Assembly (NCBI GenBank): GCA_964517175.1
Contig: CAZFBU010000012.1
Span: 1 to 44,076 of the forward strand
Source: an uncultured Saprospiraceae bacterium
Lineage (GTDB): Bacteria; Bacteroidota; Bacteroidia; Chitinophagales; Saprospiraceae
Reading direction: 5' to 3'
DNA: 44,076 bases
The translations under genes and the position numbers were made by a program. The notes under the pieces are model-generated. The model searched no databases and had not been told where the DNA came from. It saw only the letters and a list, made by a program, of their open reading frames with translations. The stretch's first letter is position 1. Each line of letters starts with the position of its first letter. This document shows positions 9,348 to 19,522 of this stretch, in pieces.

Positions 9348-9485
9348 AACATCATTTTCGGTTGTGCCTGCAAAAATAGCGGAAAAAAGCGAAACAGAAA
9401 AAAGAGCGCATCCGGGAAATGGAAAGACCCGGCAAATGGGGCGCCGGGTCTTTTCAACATTTTGGCTTAAGCCAAAATGCGATTG

Positions 9486-10430
9486 TTAGTATTTGATATT
9501 GAATTCGTAGCTATCCTGGTTATCACTAGCCGTTACGGTGATTTTTGCCACTTGTACCAGGTAGTACTCGTCATCTCTTTTAACTGTAAAGATATCTCCT
9601 TCTTTCAGCGGAGAAGTCACATCGTAGGTCACACCACTTACCATCAGCGTAGCAGTCAAATCATTACCACTTTCAAAAGCAGCGGCGATTTCTTCCTTGA
9701 AGGCCACTGCGCCAAAGTTGAAGTTTTCCGGCATACCACCACCAATTGTTCTGATAACAGCTCCATTTATACCAGCAATTTGCTGACGCCAGTTCTGAGC
9801 ATTGGGTTGATTGATATCAATACCCATATCACGAATTTCCGCATTCGTAGTGGAAGGATCAGAGCCAACGGTTCCGGTACCATCGCCCGTATTCAGATCA
9901 AGGCCGCCCTGACCCGCTGGACCTGCCTGATTGAGCAACACGCCCGTGAGTGTCGTCACGGCTTCTCCTTTGGTGGTAATTGCCAGCGAAACCGCATCGG
10001 TCAGCCCCTTTTCATCGGTCACCTCGAAGTTATAGGTTTTGGTCTCCTGGAAGCCGTCGTGTACCTGAATGTCGATTTCAAAAGTTGCGCCGCTCTTGCT
10101 CGCACCGGTGATCAGGAACGGATTGTTGGAGGTAATTGCGCCACCGTTGATCACGAAGCGATTGTTCGGCAAGTTGGTATTATCTTCCCGAATGCGCACC
10201 GATTGCAAAGGATTGGTGCCGGTTTGAAGCCTCAGCTTTACGCTGAATGTACCGCCCGCATCCACTTCCGCATCGGTACTGACAAAATCAATTTCGGATG
10301 CCAGGCTAATCAGCGGTGGAATGTCGCTCCCGCCGCCGGGGTCCGTCGTGCCGTCTTCCGTACAGCCAGTAGTGAGCAAAAGCCCCGTGAGTAAAGCCAA
10401 ACCAGTAATTTGAAGCAAAAACTTTTTCAT
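9486..10430 (-). CDS. Hypothetical lipoprotein with Ig-like/beta-sandwich repeats.
   Basis: Lipobox MKKFLLQITGLALLTGLLLTTGC. Thr/Gly/Asp-rich beta-rich sequence. Confidence 0.55.
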   Translation of the reverse strand: MKKFLLQITGLALLTGLLLTTGCTEDGTTDPGGGSDIPPLISLASEIDFVSTDAEVDAGGTFSVKLRLQTGTNPLQSVRIREDNTNLPNNRFVINGGAITSNNPFLITGASKSGATFEIDIQVHDGFQETKTYNFEVTDEKGLTDAVSLAITTKGEAVTTLTGVLLNQAGPAGQGGLDLNTGDGTGTVGSDPSTTNAEIRDMGIDINQPNAQNWRQQIAGINGAVIRTIGGGMPENFNFGAVAFKEEIAAAFESGNDLTATLMVSGVTYDVTSPLKEGDIFTVKRDDEYYLVQVAKITVTASDNQDSYEFNIKY

Positions 10431-10474
10431 AATTGTTAAATGGTTTTAGATTTAAGGTAAAGGTTTGTAATCAA

Positions 10475-10667
10475 GTTTAAGAGTATGTTTAAAATTCGTT
10501 TTTGAAGTCGAAAATGGTCAGATTTGGGTTCTCACAAAGCGTTTTTTGAGCTGCATAGCAGCGCTACGGAGCGAAAAAAAGGCAAAGTGAGTTTACCCGC
10601 CTTTGGCGGGGTTCCATAGATGAACATTTGCAGATCAAAAGATGAACTTTAAACATACTCTAAATCC
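10475..10667. repeat. Pair of ~18-bp inverted repeats (gtttaagagtatgtttaaaa / tttaaacatactctaaa) about 155 bp apart. They enclose a GC hairpin (acccgcctttggcggggt, 10595-10612) in the divergent intergenic region.
   Basis: Inverted repeats read directly. 14-nt exact core and 17/19 overall. Confidence 0.4.
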
Positions 10668-10862
10668 TTCGACAGATGTCATATCCTTATGACGCAAAAT
10701 TTTGCCAGAGTAACGTTTTGTGGACGCATTTTTTTTATCATCAACGTACAATCAGGTTAAAATGTGACAAATTGCGGCTGTAAAATACAGAAAGCGATCA
10801 TTCCATTCCGCATTGTTCAGGAAATCCTATCTTTACTCCTGCCTTTACAAACACCTAATGCC

Positions 10863-11618
10863 ATGTTTAAAAAAATATTGCGCGTATCCTTGTTCATTCT
10901 GCTGGGGCTGGGGCTTTTTCTGGCGGCTGTATATCTGATCCCTCAGGTGGATGCCAGGCAGGAACTGGCTGTATCAGAAGTTATGCCGGTTCGGGAACTG
11001 GACTCCCTGTACTGGGCTATGCAAAGGGACGTACTGCTCCAGGAATTTGGTAACCGAAAAACGCTCCCGGAAGGCTACGAACTACCATGCCTCCTGGCGT
11101 TGCGCTATTTCCCGGAGCTGAAAAACGTCCGAATCAACTTTGTACATCGGGAAGCGCTCATTCCGCTTTCCTCCCGCCCAAATTTGCTGACCATGTTCGG
11201 CAAGCGCGACCAATGGGAGTTTCAAGTCATCATCAGCAGCAAAAGCACCACAGCTATGAACCCCATTCTGCTGAAAAACCTGCCCTTTGATGCCCAGGTC
11301 GCCATTCTGGCGCACGAGCTGGGGCACACGCTGCACTATCAGCAGTACAACTTCTGGCAGTTGCTGAAGTTTGGTATGAAATACGCCATTGACGCAGATT
11401 TTCGCAAAATGCACGAGCGCGCTACCGATGCGGTCGTTATTTACCGGAGCCTGGGTTGGCAACTCTTCGAGTACGCCGAATATGTTCGCACGGCCCCTCA
11501 GGCAAAAGCTCATTACGAAGCTTCCAAAGCGTTTCTGGACGCACACTACCTGACGCCAACAGAAGTGCTGGAAACCATGAGCCAGATCAATGCCTATGGA
11601 CTTGGTGCGCCGTATTAA
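10863..11618 (+). CDS. Membrane-anchored hypothetical protein with an HExxH motif (AILAHELGHTLHY), a putative zinc-metallopeptidase-like fold.
   Basis: N-terminal TM/signal anchor (ILRVSLFILLGLGLFLAAVYLI). HELGH zinc-binding-type motif. The start was set at ATG 10863. Confidence 0.5.
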   Translation: MFKKILRVSLFILLGLGLFLAAVYLIPQVDARQELAVSEVMPVRELDSLYWAMQRDVLLQEFGNRKTLPEGYELPCLLALRYFPELKNVRINFVHREALIPLSSRPNLLTMFGKRDQWEFQVIISSKSTTAMNPILLKNLPFDAQVAILAHELGHTLHYQQYNFWQLLKFGMKYAIDADFRKMHERATDAVVIYRSLGWQLFEYAEYVRTAPQAKAHYEASKAFLDAHYLTPTEVLETMSQINAYGLGAPY

Positions 11619-11642
11619 CAGCAAACCGCAAAAAACAAAAAT

Positions 11643-12848
11643 ATGTCTGAAGCTTACATCTACGATGCGCTGCGCACGCCGCGCGGAAAAGGCAGAAACA
11701 ATGGTGCCCTCTATGAAGTAAAACCAATCCGCCTGCTGACGGCGGTGCTGCAGGAGTTGCAGCAGCGGCATAACCTGGATACCACGCTGGTCGATGATGC
11801 TATTTTCGGCTGTGTAACGCCCGTGGATGATCAGGGCTTCAACATTGCCAAATCAGCCATTCAGTACGCCGGATGGAGCCATGCAGTAAGTGGCATGCAG
11901 ATCAACCGTTACTGCGCTTCGGGATTGGAAGCCGTCAATCTCGCAGCCATGAAAATACGCGCCGGTTGGGCAGAAATGGTCGTAGCGGGCGGCGTGGAAA
12001 GTATGAGCCGGGTGCCAATGGGCAGCGACGGCGGGCCTATCCTTCACGACCCCGAAGTGATCGCCAGGGTAAATGCCGTGCCGCAGGGCATTTCTGCTGA
12101 TCTCATCGCCACCATTGAGGGGTTTACCCGCGAAGATGCGGACGCCTATGCACTACTCTCCCAGCAACGGGCGCAGAAAGCCTGGCAGGAAGGCTATTTT
12201 GCGAAAAGCATCGTCCCGATATACGATCAGAACGGACTGCTCATTCTGGAACGCGATGAACACCCCCGACCGGATACGACCCTCGAAGGACTGGCAGCAT
12301 TAGCGCCGGCTTTCGCCAAAATAGGGGCAATGGGCTTCGATCAAATGGCACTGCAGGCATATCCCGACGTGGAGCGCATTCAGCACGTGCACACAGCAGG
12401 CAACGCTTCCGGCATCGTGGATGGGGCAGCCGCTGTGCTGATTGCCAATGCCGAAACGGGCAAAGCACTGGCGATGAAGCCGAGGGCCCGCATTCTGTCC
12501 GTAGCCAATGTCAGTACCGAGCCCGTCATTATGCTCACCGGGCCAACGCCTGCCGCACGCAAAGCGCTTCAGGCAGCAGGAATGGAAATCAATGATATTG
12601 ACCTCTGGGAATGCAACGAAGCTTTTGCTGCCGTGCCACTCAAGTTTCAGCGCGATCTGGATATCGACCCGGAAAAACTGAATGTCAACGGAGGGGCGAT
12701 TGCCTTCGGTCATCCGCTGGGCGCTACCGGCGCTATGCTACTCGGCACTTTGCTCGATGAACTTGAGCGGCGCGACCTTTCCACCGGACTGGTGACGCTG
12801 TGCGCAGGCGGCGGCATGGGCATCGCCACTGTCGTGGAAAGAGTGTGA
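11643..12848 (+). CDS. Acetyl-CoA C-acyltransferase (3-ketoacyl-CoA thiolase).
   Basis: N-terminal [13 protein letters not shown], active-site Cys region [12 protein letters not shown]-terminal GHPLGATG and CAGGGMG motifs. Confidence 0.9.
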   Translation: MSEAYIYDALRTPRGKGRNNGALYEVKPIRLLTAVLQELQQRHNLDTTLVDDAIFGCVTPVDDQGFNIAKSAIQYAGWSHAVSGMQINRYCASGLEAVNLAAMKIRAGWAEMVVAGGVESMSRVPMGSDGGPILHDPEVIARVNAVPQGISADLIATIEGFTREDADAYALLSQQRAQKAWQEGYFAKSIVPIYDQNGLLILERDEHPRPDTTLEGLAALAPAFAKIGAMGFDQMALQAYPDVERIQHVHTAGNASGIVDGAAAVLIANAETGKALAMKPRARILSVANVSTEPVIMLTGPTPAARKALQAAGMEINDIDLWECNEAFAAVPLKFQRDLDIDPEKLNVNGGAIAFGHPLGATGAMLLGTLLDELERRDLSTGLVTLCAGGGMGIATVVERV

Positions 12849-13117
12849 GATGGTGGAAAACAATCAGCTATGCAGGTTTTTGTTGAAACAATACGCCGGG
12901 CAAAAATTCAAAAAGGTAATAATCAGATTATTGCCACTTTAATTTTTTTAAAAATAACTTACTGAAAAACAATAACTTACATCTTACCGACTTCGCTTGA
13001 GATAAAATCCAACCGGATTATTATGAAAAAAATTAAACTTCAGGCAACGTTTCGCCAGCTTGAGGTATCTACCAACTAGAGATAAGAAATACACCATGTT
13101 TTCCTTCATATATCAAA

Positions 13118-13155
13118 AGTCGCTTGCTTACAAAGTTAGCGACTTTCTTTTTGCC
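13118..13155 (+). terminator. Hairpin (aaagtcgct...agcgacttt) followed by CTTTTTG. It is a candidate intrinsic terminator inside the thiolase-SDR intergenic region.
   Basis: 9-bp stem followed by a T-run, read from the sequence. Confidence 0.4.
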
Positions 13156-13324
13156 TCCGATTGATCTTTTTTATTCAAATTTCTTTACACTGGTAGGGGG
13201 TATTTCAATTTCCTGCATCTTCCATGCACACTGAGGTTATTTTCTATCCCCGGGATTGCAACTGGTTTCCCTTTCCGAAACCAATTGTGCTATATTCAAT
13301 TCATAACCAAAATCGAAAACAATC

Positions 13325-14134
13325 ATGAATCATCCGTCTGTTTTCACCGTCATCACTGGCGCCAGTCAGGGACTGGGCCGCGCTTTAGCCATCGCCAACG
13401 CAAAACGCGGCCGCCATCTCGTACTCCTTTCCCTGCCGAACGAAAACCTGCCCGCTTTTGCCCAAAGGCTTGCGCAAAAGTACCGCATACAGGTGCTACA
13501 CTACGAAACCGATCTGACGCAACCGGATGCACCCCGGCAATTTTTTAACTGGATTAAAACCCGAAATCTGCATGTCAATGCACTGATCAACAATGCCGGC
13601 ATTGGTGGTACGGCTTTATTTGAAAGTGCTTCGACTGCATATATCGACAACATCATCCTGCTGAACATACGTGCCCTGGCTATGCTGACACACTTGTTCG
13701 TACCGGAACTGCGACAACATCCCGATGCCCGAATCCTGAATATTTCGAGCCTGGCCGCCTTCAGCCCGATTCCGTTCAAAACCGTGTATCCGGCATCCAA
13801 GGCTTTTGTGTATTCCTTTTCGCTGGGCTTACACGAAGAACTTCGCCGCACTTCTATCCGGGTGAGCGTGCTGCACCCCGGCCCCATCGAAACAACAGCG
13901 GAGAAGAAACTCCGCCTGGCAAAACATGGATTCTGGGCAAAATTGAGTACCTTAACGACAACAGAAATCGCGGAGATAGCTTTGCAGGAGATGCAACGCG
14001 GCAAGCTCGTCATCATACCGGGTTGGCTCAATAAAATCAACTACCATTTGCTGAATTGGACGCCGCACTCGCTCCGGTTGCGAATTCTCGGACGCGTTTT
14101 TACAAAAGAATTGAACGTCAGACATGCCAGATAG
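13325..14134 (+). CDS. Short-chain dehydrogenase/reductase (SDR) family oxidoreductase.
   Basis: TGASQGLGRALA Rossmann motif, NNAG motif, and a catalytic S...Y...K spacing (YPASK). Confidence 0.85.
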   Translation: MNHPSVFTVITGASQGLGRALAIANAKRGRHLVLLSLPNENLPAFAQRLAQKYRIQVLHYETDLTQPDAPRQFFNWIKTRNLHVNALINNAGIGGTALFESASTAYIDNIILLNIRALAMLTHLFVPELRQHPDARILNISSLAAFSPIPFKTVYPASKAFVYSFSLGLHEELRRTSIRVSVLHPGPIETTAEKKLRLAKHGFWAKLSTLTTTEIAEIALQEMQRGKLVIIPGWLNKINYHLLNWTPHSLRLRILGRVFTKELNVRHAR

Positions 14135-15116
14135 AAAAGTTTTACTTACGGGAGCTACGGGCTTGTTGGGCAGCAATATAGCCGCCGAATTGACGCAACG
14201 CGGTTATCACGTAAAGGTTTTGCTACGCAAATCGAGCAATACCATCGCTTTGGCGGATTTACCGGTAACGCATCACATAGGCGATATCACCGATCCCGAA
14301 TCCGTCAGGGCCGCCATGCGCCATTGCCAGATCGTCATTCACGCAGCCGCCAACACCAGCCAGTGGGGCGCCGACGTTACCCAGCACAATGCGGTCAATG
14401 TGCAGGGAACAAAAAATGTATTATCAGCTATACCAAAATATGAGGTAGAGCGATTTATATATGTTAGCACGGCAAATACGCTCGCTCCCGGCCCGCTGGA
14501 AAAACCGGGCGATGAAACCGGCGCTTTCGGTTATCAGTCGGGCAGCACGCCCTACATCGATACGAAATACCGGGCAGAGCAGTTGGTGCTGGAAGCAGTG
14601 GCGGCACAGGGCATTCCGGCGGTGATTGTCAATCCGACTTTTATCATTGGCGCGCGCGATGCCAAGCCCAGTTCCGGCAAAATGATCCTGTTTTACCTGC
14701 GCAGTCCGCTCGTGATGTGCCCGCCGGGCGGCAAAAACTACGTGCCGGCATCGGATGCCGCTACGGCTATTGTCAACGCCATTGAGCACGGACGCGTGGG
14801 CGAACGCTACCTGCTGGCAGGTGCAAATTTGAGCTATGCCGACTTTTTTGCAAAAATCGGGCAGGCGACCGGCAAGCAAAAGCCAATGCTCCATGCCCCG
14901 GCTCCTCTGCTGCGTGCCATCGGACGTATTGGGGATGTAGCCCAACAATTTGTATCCCAGCCAATTTCCTGGACGTACCCAAATGTTTCCATGCTAACCA
15001 TCGACAACTACTACACGCCAACGAAAGCCGTTACCGAACTGAATATGCCGCAAACTGACATCGAAAATGCAATCGCCGACGCCTTTGCCTGGTTTGCAAA
15101 ACACAACTACGTGTAG
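14124..15116 (+). CDS. NAD-dependent epimerase/dehydratase family protein (extended SDR).
   Basis: LLTGATGLLGSNI glycine-rich motif, YxxxK (YIDTKYRAE). It overlaps the SDR stop by 11 nt, which suggests translational coupling. Confidence 0.8.
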   Translation: MPDRKVLLTGATGLLGSNIAAELTQRGYHVKVLLRKSSNTIALADLPVTHHIGDITDPESVRAAMRHCQIVIHAAANTSQWGADVTQHNAVNVQGTKNVLSAIPKYEVERFIYVSTANTLAPGPLEKPGDETGAFGYQSGSTPYIDTKYRAEQLVLEAVAAQGIPAVIVNPTFIIGARDAKPSSGKMILFYLRSPLVMCPPGGKNYVPASDAATAIVNAIEHGRVGERYLLAGANLSYADFFAKIGQATGKQKPMLHAPAPLLRAIGRIGDVAQQFVSQPISWTYPNVSMLTIDNYYTPTKAVTELNMPQTDIENAIADAFAWFAKHNYV

Positions 15117-15309
15117 CCGAAACGACAATCCGTCAGAACACCAAAAAACCATCCAGGTAATGCTGATGCTCTTGTTGTTACTCCTGCGGAGCGCTCGTGG
15201 GAGGTTTGGTTATTCCAAAAAGTATTCCGGAAACTAGAATTTGTTAAAAACAATATTCTACGAAAAAACCAGTTACTTATTTTATAATTTGCCAAAAATC
15301 GAAACCACC

Positions 15310-15909
15310 ATGAAAACGTTATTCTTTTTTATATTGATTTTTTTCTCTTCTGTTGCCATCGCGCCATCACAAGTGCTGGAGTATGACATTCAACTGGGCA
15401 GCCGCTCCGTCGGTACCCTGATCGTGACGCCAAGTAATCTGAAAAGCAAAGACTTTGCCATAAAAATGGACGCTGAAATGTCCTTACCGCTCACAGCGGT
15501 TCACTCGGCTTTTGATGTGAAATTTGAGGGCGGTATTCTGAAAAAGTCAGAAATGGTGCAAAAAATAAACGGAAAGGTGCGCGAGAAAGCCATCATCACC
15601 CGGAATGGCAACCAATATGAAATGAATATCGACGGCAAGGAAAAGACAATGCAACGCGAAGTAACTTACACCATTGCCAAGCTTTATCATTTCGAGCCTG
15701 AAAATATAAAAGAAGTATTTTCCGAGCGCTATGGCGCATACGCGACCATTGCTGAAGTAGCGCCACACCTTTACGAGATAACCCTGCCGGACAACAACCG
15801 CAACACATATCGATACGAAAATGGCATCTGCGTGGAAATGACCTCGAAGCATAGCCTTGCCCGGGTCACCTTCCAACTCGTCAGGAACCAGCAATCAGCC
15901 CGGGAATGA
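15310..15909 (+). CDS. Hypothetical secreted protein.
   Basis: Signal peptide MKTLFFFILIFFSSVAIAPSQ. The start was moved to ATG 15310. Confidence 0.5.
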   Translation: MKTLFFFILIFFSSVAIAPSQVLEYDIQLGSRSVGTLIVTPSNLKSKDFAIKMDAEMSLPLTAVHSAFDVKFEGGILKKSEMVQKINGKVREKAIITRNGNQYEMNIDGKEKTMQREVTYTIAKLYHFEPENIKEVFSERYGAYATIAEVAPHLYEITLPDNNRNTYRYENGICVEMTSKHSLARVTFQLVRNQQSARE

Positions 15910-16032
15910 CGCCGTATCATTGGCACTGGACGGGGTCCAGCGACAATGCATCGTTCGATGTTGTTGTGCACTTCAATCGCTGATTTGTTAATTTGCAGGT
16001 TAGTAAAAAGTTGTGATGCCTCAGCGTTGAAA

Positions 16033-16073
16033 GCATCAGCCCCGAAAACCGAGTCGATTTTCGGGGCTGATGC
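16033..16073. terminator. Perfect 16-bp stem hairpin (gcatcagccccgaaaa...ttttcggggctgatgc) between convergent genes. It is a probable bidirectional intrinsic terminator.
   Basis: Perfect inverted repeat with A/T-rich flanks. It lies between the + gene ending at 15909 and the - gene ending at 16130. Confidence 0.65.
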
Positions 16074-16129
16074 AAGTGAGGGGAGTTAACTCATCTGAAT
16101 GTACCGACCGTTTTTCTGAGCATCGGTGG

Positions 16130-17482
16130 CTATTTCCGGATCGGCATTTCGTCCACGCGCTGCCCGATGGCATAGCCGTGGCGTACGCCCTCCTCCGCGT
16201 CCATGCGAAAGTGTACCCCCAGCGGAATGCGGGAATAGGCATTTTCCTCTGCCATTGCTCGGAAAGACTGGAAGGAACGCGGAATACCCAAAAACTCAAT
16301 CCGCCCTTCGTGCGAGCGGTCCACCATAGCATACCTTTCGCCGAAAATATCGCTCAATACCTCACAGGCTGCTGCCCCAAAGGTAGCGTGCCCCGACGGA
16401 TAAGCCGGGAAGCTTGGCGAAAACCACAGGTGTGGTTCCCAGCCCAAATCTACCATTCGGCGAATGTAGCTCACCGGGCGCTCCACATTGTAGTGATACT
16501 TGGAATACCAACAAGCCACGCCAGCGTCATTCAGCGCAAAGCCAACCTTGAGATAGGTGTATAACGCCAGCGCGAGATTAGCGCGCTCCAGTTCCAATAC
16601 CTGATTGGTGATCGAAATAAACCGACCGGGCGGACTAAACGTCAGGCCTTCCGTATCATCGCTCCAGAATTCGCCGATCCACTGGTTTTCGTAGCTGAGT
16701 AGAGGCGTATTGATGTTATACACTTCCATAGCCTGGCGGCGGAACTCGGAGTCCAGCACTTCGCTGTAAGGCACCGGTGGCTGTGCCAGCAGGTCGGATT
16801 CGCGAATAGCGAACGTGCGTACTTTGCCCCAGTAAGGGAAAAGTCCGCCGGAAAAATCCGGGAAAGTCGGTTGCCACATGCCAGGGCCCTGTGGTGGGGT
16901 GTAGCTGGTTGGGCGAGAGTCACGAAAAGCTTCGTGCCCGTATTCGTCCGTAGCAGACCAATTATATACCGCCTCGGCTACGGTCTGTCCGTAGGCTTTA
17001 GAGCGTTCAAAAACCTCGCGGGATACTTCGTTGAGGGCTTCGAGGTCAAATTGGGTTTCCAGCGAATTGAACCGGAAGCGTACCTCCGGCGAAACATGCG
17101 GAAAAAAGCGGCGCATCAGATAACCATAGGAAGCATTCACAACAGTTGGCCAGTGATAAGCCGAGCTTGCATTGTCAATGTTCGGAATAGTCAGTCCTTC
17201 TTCCCGATACAACCCCTTGACGGAATTGTATTCCGGCATAGCAGAAACAACGGCCTCGTAAGCCGCCAGCCCCATGTACGCCAACGCACGGGGTGCCGGG
17301 CCTGGTCGATAGCCGGGGGCATAGCGGTCGGCTATGAGGTAGAGTTTATTCCATTCGGTAGCTACCCTTGCCGAATAATTGCGCGCGAGCGCCGTTTCCA
17401 CCGAAAAGTCCTCGTCGTTCTGGCATCCGGCCAAAACCAGAATCAGAGCTACAAATAGTAGTTTAGTAACATTTTTCATCAT
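16130..17482 (-). CDS. Vanadium-dependent haloperoxidase / PAP2 (acid phosphatase) superfamily lipoprotein.
   Basis: PAP2 motifs K(x6)RP (KYHYNVERP), PSGH (YPSGHATFG) and SR(x5)H(x3)D (SRIPLGVHFRMD). Lipobox LILVLAGC. Its length of about 450 aa is typical of bacterial V-haloperoxidase-like proteins. Confidence 0.65.
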   Translation of the reverse strand: MMKNVTKLLFVALILVLAGCQNDEDFSVETALARNYSARVATEWNKLYLIADRYAPGYRPGPAPRALAYMGLAAYEAVVSAMPEYNSVKGLYREEGLTIPNIDNASSAYHWPTVVNASYGYLMRRFFPHVSPEVRFRFNSLETQFDLEALNEVSREVFERSKAYGQTVAEAVYNWSATDEYGHEAFRDSRPTSYTPPQGPGMWQPTFPDFSGGLFPYWGKVRTFAIRESDLLAQPPVPYSEVLDSEFRRQAMEVYNINTPLLSYENQWIGEFWSDDTEGLTFSPPGRFISITNQVLELERANLALALYTYLKVGFALNDAGVACWYSKYHYNVERPVSYIRRMVDLGWEPHLWFSPSFPAYPSGHATFGAAACEVLSDIFGERYAMVDRSHEGRIEFLGIPRSFQSFRAMAEENAYSRIPLGVHFRMDAEEGVRHGYAIGQRVDEMPIRK

Positions 17483-18025
17483 GTCCTTACGGGATTTATG
17501 TTTTAAATAAAATAAAGCCTTGACAGGGCAAATATTCACGCCAGTGAAATTGCCGTATTTGGAATGCGGGTAGCCGGAAAATGTATTTTGAAATCTCTAA
17601 AGCTCAGATAAAGCGAAAGGTACAATGAATTGATAATCAGGATGAAACGGAACTTTTTGTCCCGATGGCGACTTTTGCATCAAATATACGATTGAAAGAA
17701 TAATATATACAAGTTTTTTTTGAAAAAAATTTTGTCGCCTGTTTGTCAGACAGAATTGACGCCGTTGCGAATAATCATCCTTCCTGTTGACATTCATCAT
17801 CTTTTTTGCTGCGAGAATCTGACAATTTTGCGGTATTAGCAAACAAATAGTCCATGCAGTTTTTATATCTCGCAAAGGCACTTAGGTATTAAGCTCTGTC
17901 TTTCAGCTCGTTATCGCTTCTGACTCAAACAACCATAATTTGAGTCTCAGTTTTTTACTTTTCCCGGAGTAGAGGACAAAAATAAGAATTTTGAAAGTAC
18001 GCTTCAAACTGCCAACAGATGATAC

Positions 18026-19522
18026 TTACTTCCCTTTCCCCTGCATCAGCACCAGTACCGTATAAAACATGATCTTGAAATCGAGCGCCAGCGACATATT
18101 TTCGATGTAGAGAATGTCGAATTTCAGGCGTTGCACCATCTGCTCCACATCCGATGCGTAACCGTATTTCACCTGACCCCAGGAGGTGATGCCGGGGCGC
18201 ACTTTGAGCAAATGCTTGTAATGGGGGGCTTCCTGCGTAATCAGATCGATGTAATAGCGGCGCTCCGGGCGCGGCCCCACGAGGCTCATGTCGCCTTTTA
18301 GCACATTCCAGAATTGGGGCAATTCATCCAGCCGCCACTTGCGCATCACGGCACCCCAGGGCGTACAGCGCGGGTCGCCATCGTGCGAGAGCTGCGGACC
18401 ATGTTCTTCCGCATCTACATACATAGAACGGAATTTAAAAATATAGAAAGGATTGCCATTCAAGCCAATGCGTTCCTGTTTAAAAAAAATCGGACCTCTG
18501 GAAGACAGCCGAACGCGCAGCGCAATATACAAATACAAAGGCGAGAGCAAAACCAGAAAAAAAAGCGAAGCCACCATATCGATCAGCCGCTTCACCAGGC
18601 GCTGCCACTTGGGCATGAGTTCCTGCTTGATTTCGATGAGCACGGCCCCGTACAAATGGTTCATTTTCACCGTGCCGAGCAGAATGTCGTACATATCCGG
18701 AATAATTTTCACCAGCACCTGGTTGTTGAAATCAAACAAGATATTCAGAATATCGCGCAGGCGATTATGTTCGGAGGTTTCAATGGCGATGATCGCTTCT
18801 TCAATGTATTCATTTTCAATTACCTGCGAAAGGTTTTGTATTTTTCCCAGATCGGGCAGATGAGCGGAGAGTTGGTTCTTGCTGTTGCCATTGGTATCAA
18901 TAAACCCGATGAATTTGTGCCCCAACCCCTTTGGGCGGCCTGCAATATCTTTGTATAGTTCGAGCGCATTCTGGTTGCCCCCGATAATAATCGTATTGAA
19001 TGTAATCTCCCCGGCTTTCAGTCGGCGCGTAGCCCGGGTGAGAATAGCCATCCGAACCGTAGCCGTGATCGTGAAGTGCAGTAAAAACAGGGTTAAAAAG
19101 GAGTTGTAATAAGTTGGGTAATTCGTAACAAAATCATCGAGGATGAGCGTAAAAAACAGAAAAACAACGCCAAAAAAACTCAGTAGCAGCGTGCGCCCCA
19201 ACGTTGCCATGCGCGAGAGACGATAAATGTCGCGATAAAGATCGAAAATAGCGTAAAAAAGCAGCCAGCCGGTGGGAATGAGTAAGGTACCGTACCAGAA
19301 ATTGATGTCCTGCAGCGCCGACCAATCCAGTGAGCCACTTTCCAGTTTTTTGCGATACAGAAAAAAGATCGCCCAGGCCAGCATAGCCGACCCAAAATCA
19401 GCCAGTTTGTAAAAAAATGTGTGCCGCTGCCGTCGGCGCATCATCTGCTGCTTGGCAGCGATAGATTGCGGTGTATTTTTCGCCACCGTCAAAAGTGAAC
19501 GAGTTTGATGTTGTCCAACCAT
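18026..19522 (-). CDS. Undecaprenyl-phosphate sugar phosphotransferase (WcaJ/WbaP-like exopolysaccharide biosynthesis polyprenyl glycosylphosphotransferase).
   Basis: N-terminal multi-TM region plus a C-terminal bacterial sugar transferase domain (KRLIDMVASLFFLVLLSPL...GPIFFKQERIG..G.PF.I.KFRSM...DELPQFWNVLKGDMSLVGPRP). The start may instead be at 19444, which would avoid overlap with the upstream gene. Confidence 0.85.
   Translation of the reverse strand: MVGQHQTRSLLTVAKNTPQSIAAKQQMMRRRQRHTFFYKLADFGSAMLAWAIFFLYRKKLESGSLDWSALQDINFWYGTLLIPTGWLLFYAIFDLYRDIYRLSRMATLGRTLLLSFFGVVFLFFTLILDDFVTNYPTYYNSFLTLFLLHFTITATVRMAILTRATRRLKAGEITFNTIIIGGNQNALELYKDIAGRPKGLGHKFIGFIDTNGNSKNQLSAHLPDLGKIQNLSQVIENEYIEEAIIAIETSEHNRLRDILNILFDFNNQVLVKIIPDMYDILLGTVKMNHLYGAVLIEIKQELMPKWQRLVKRLIDMVASLFFLVLLSPLYLYIALRVRLSSRGPIFFKQERIGLNGNPFYIFKFRSMYVDAEEHGPQLSHDGDPRCTPWGAVMRKWRLDELPQFWNVLKGDMSLVGPRPERRYYIDLITQEAPHYKHLLKVRPGITSWGQVKYGYASDVEQMVQRLKFDILYIENMSLALDFKIMFYTVLVLMQGKGK

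Noticed and set aside
8724-10394. + strand ORFs 8724-9305 (193 aa) and 9477-10394 (305 aa).
   Set aside because: Both overlap minus-strand ORFs that have clear signal-peptide or lipobox N-termini and protein-like composition. The + strand translations are His/Arg-rich with no features.
17597-17881. 94-aa minus-strand ORF in the AT-rich spacer.
   Set aside because: There is no RBS or start context and the translation is low-complexity. It lies in the probable promoter/5'UTR region of the haloperoxidase-like gene.
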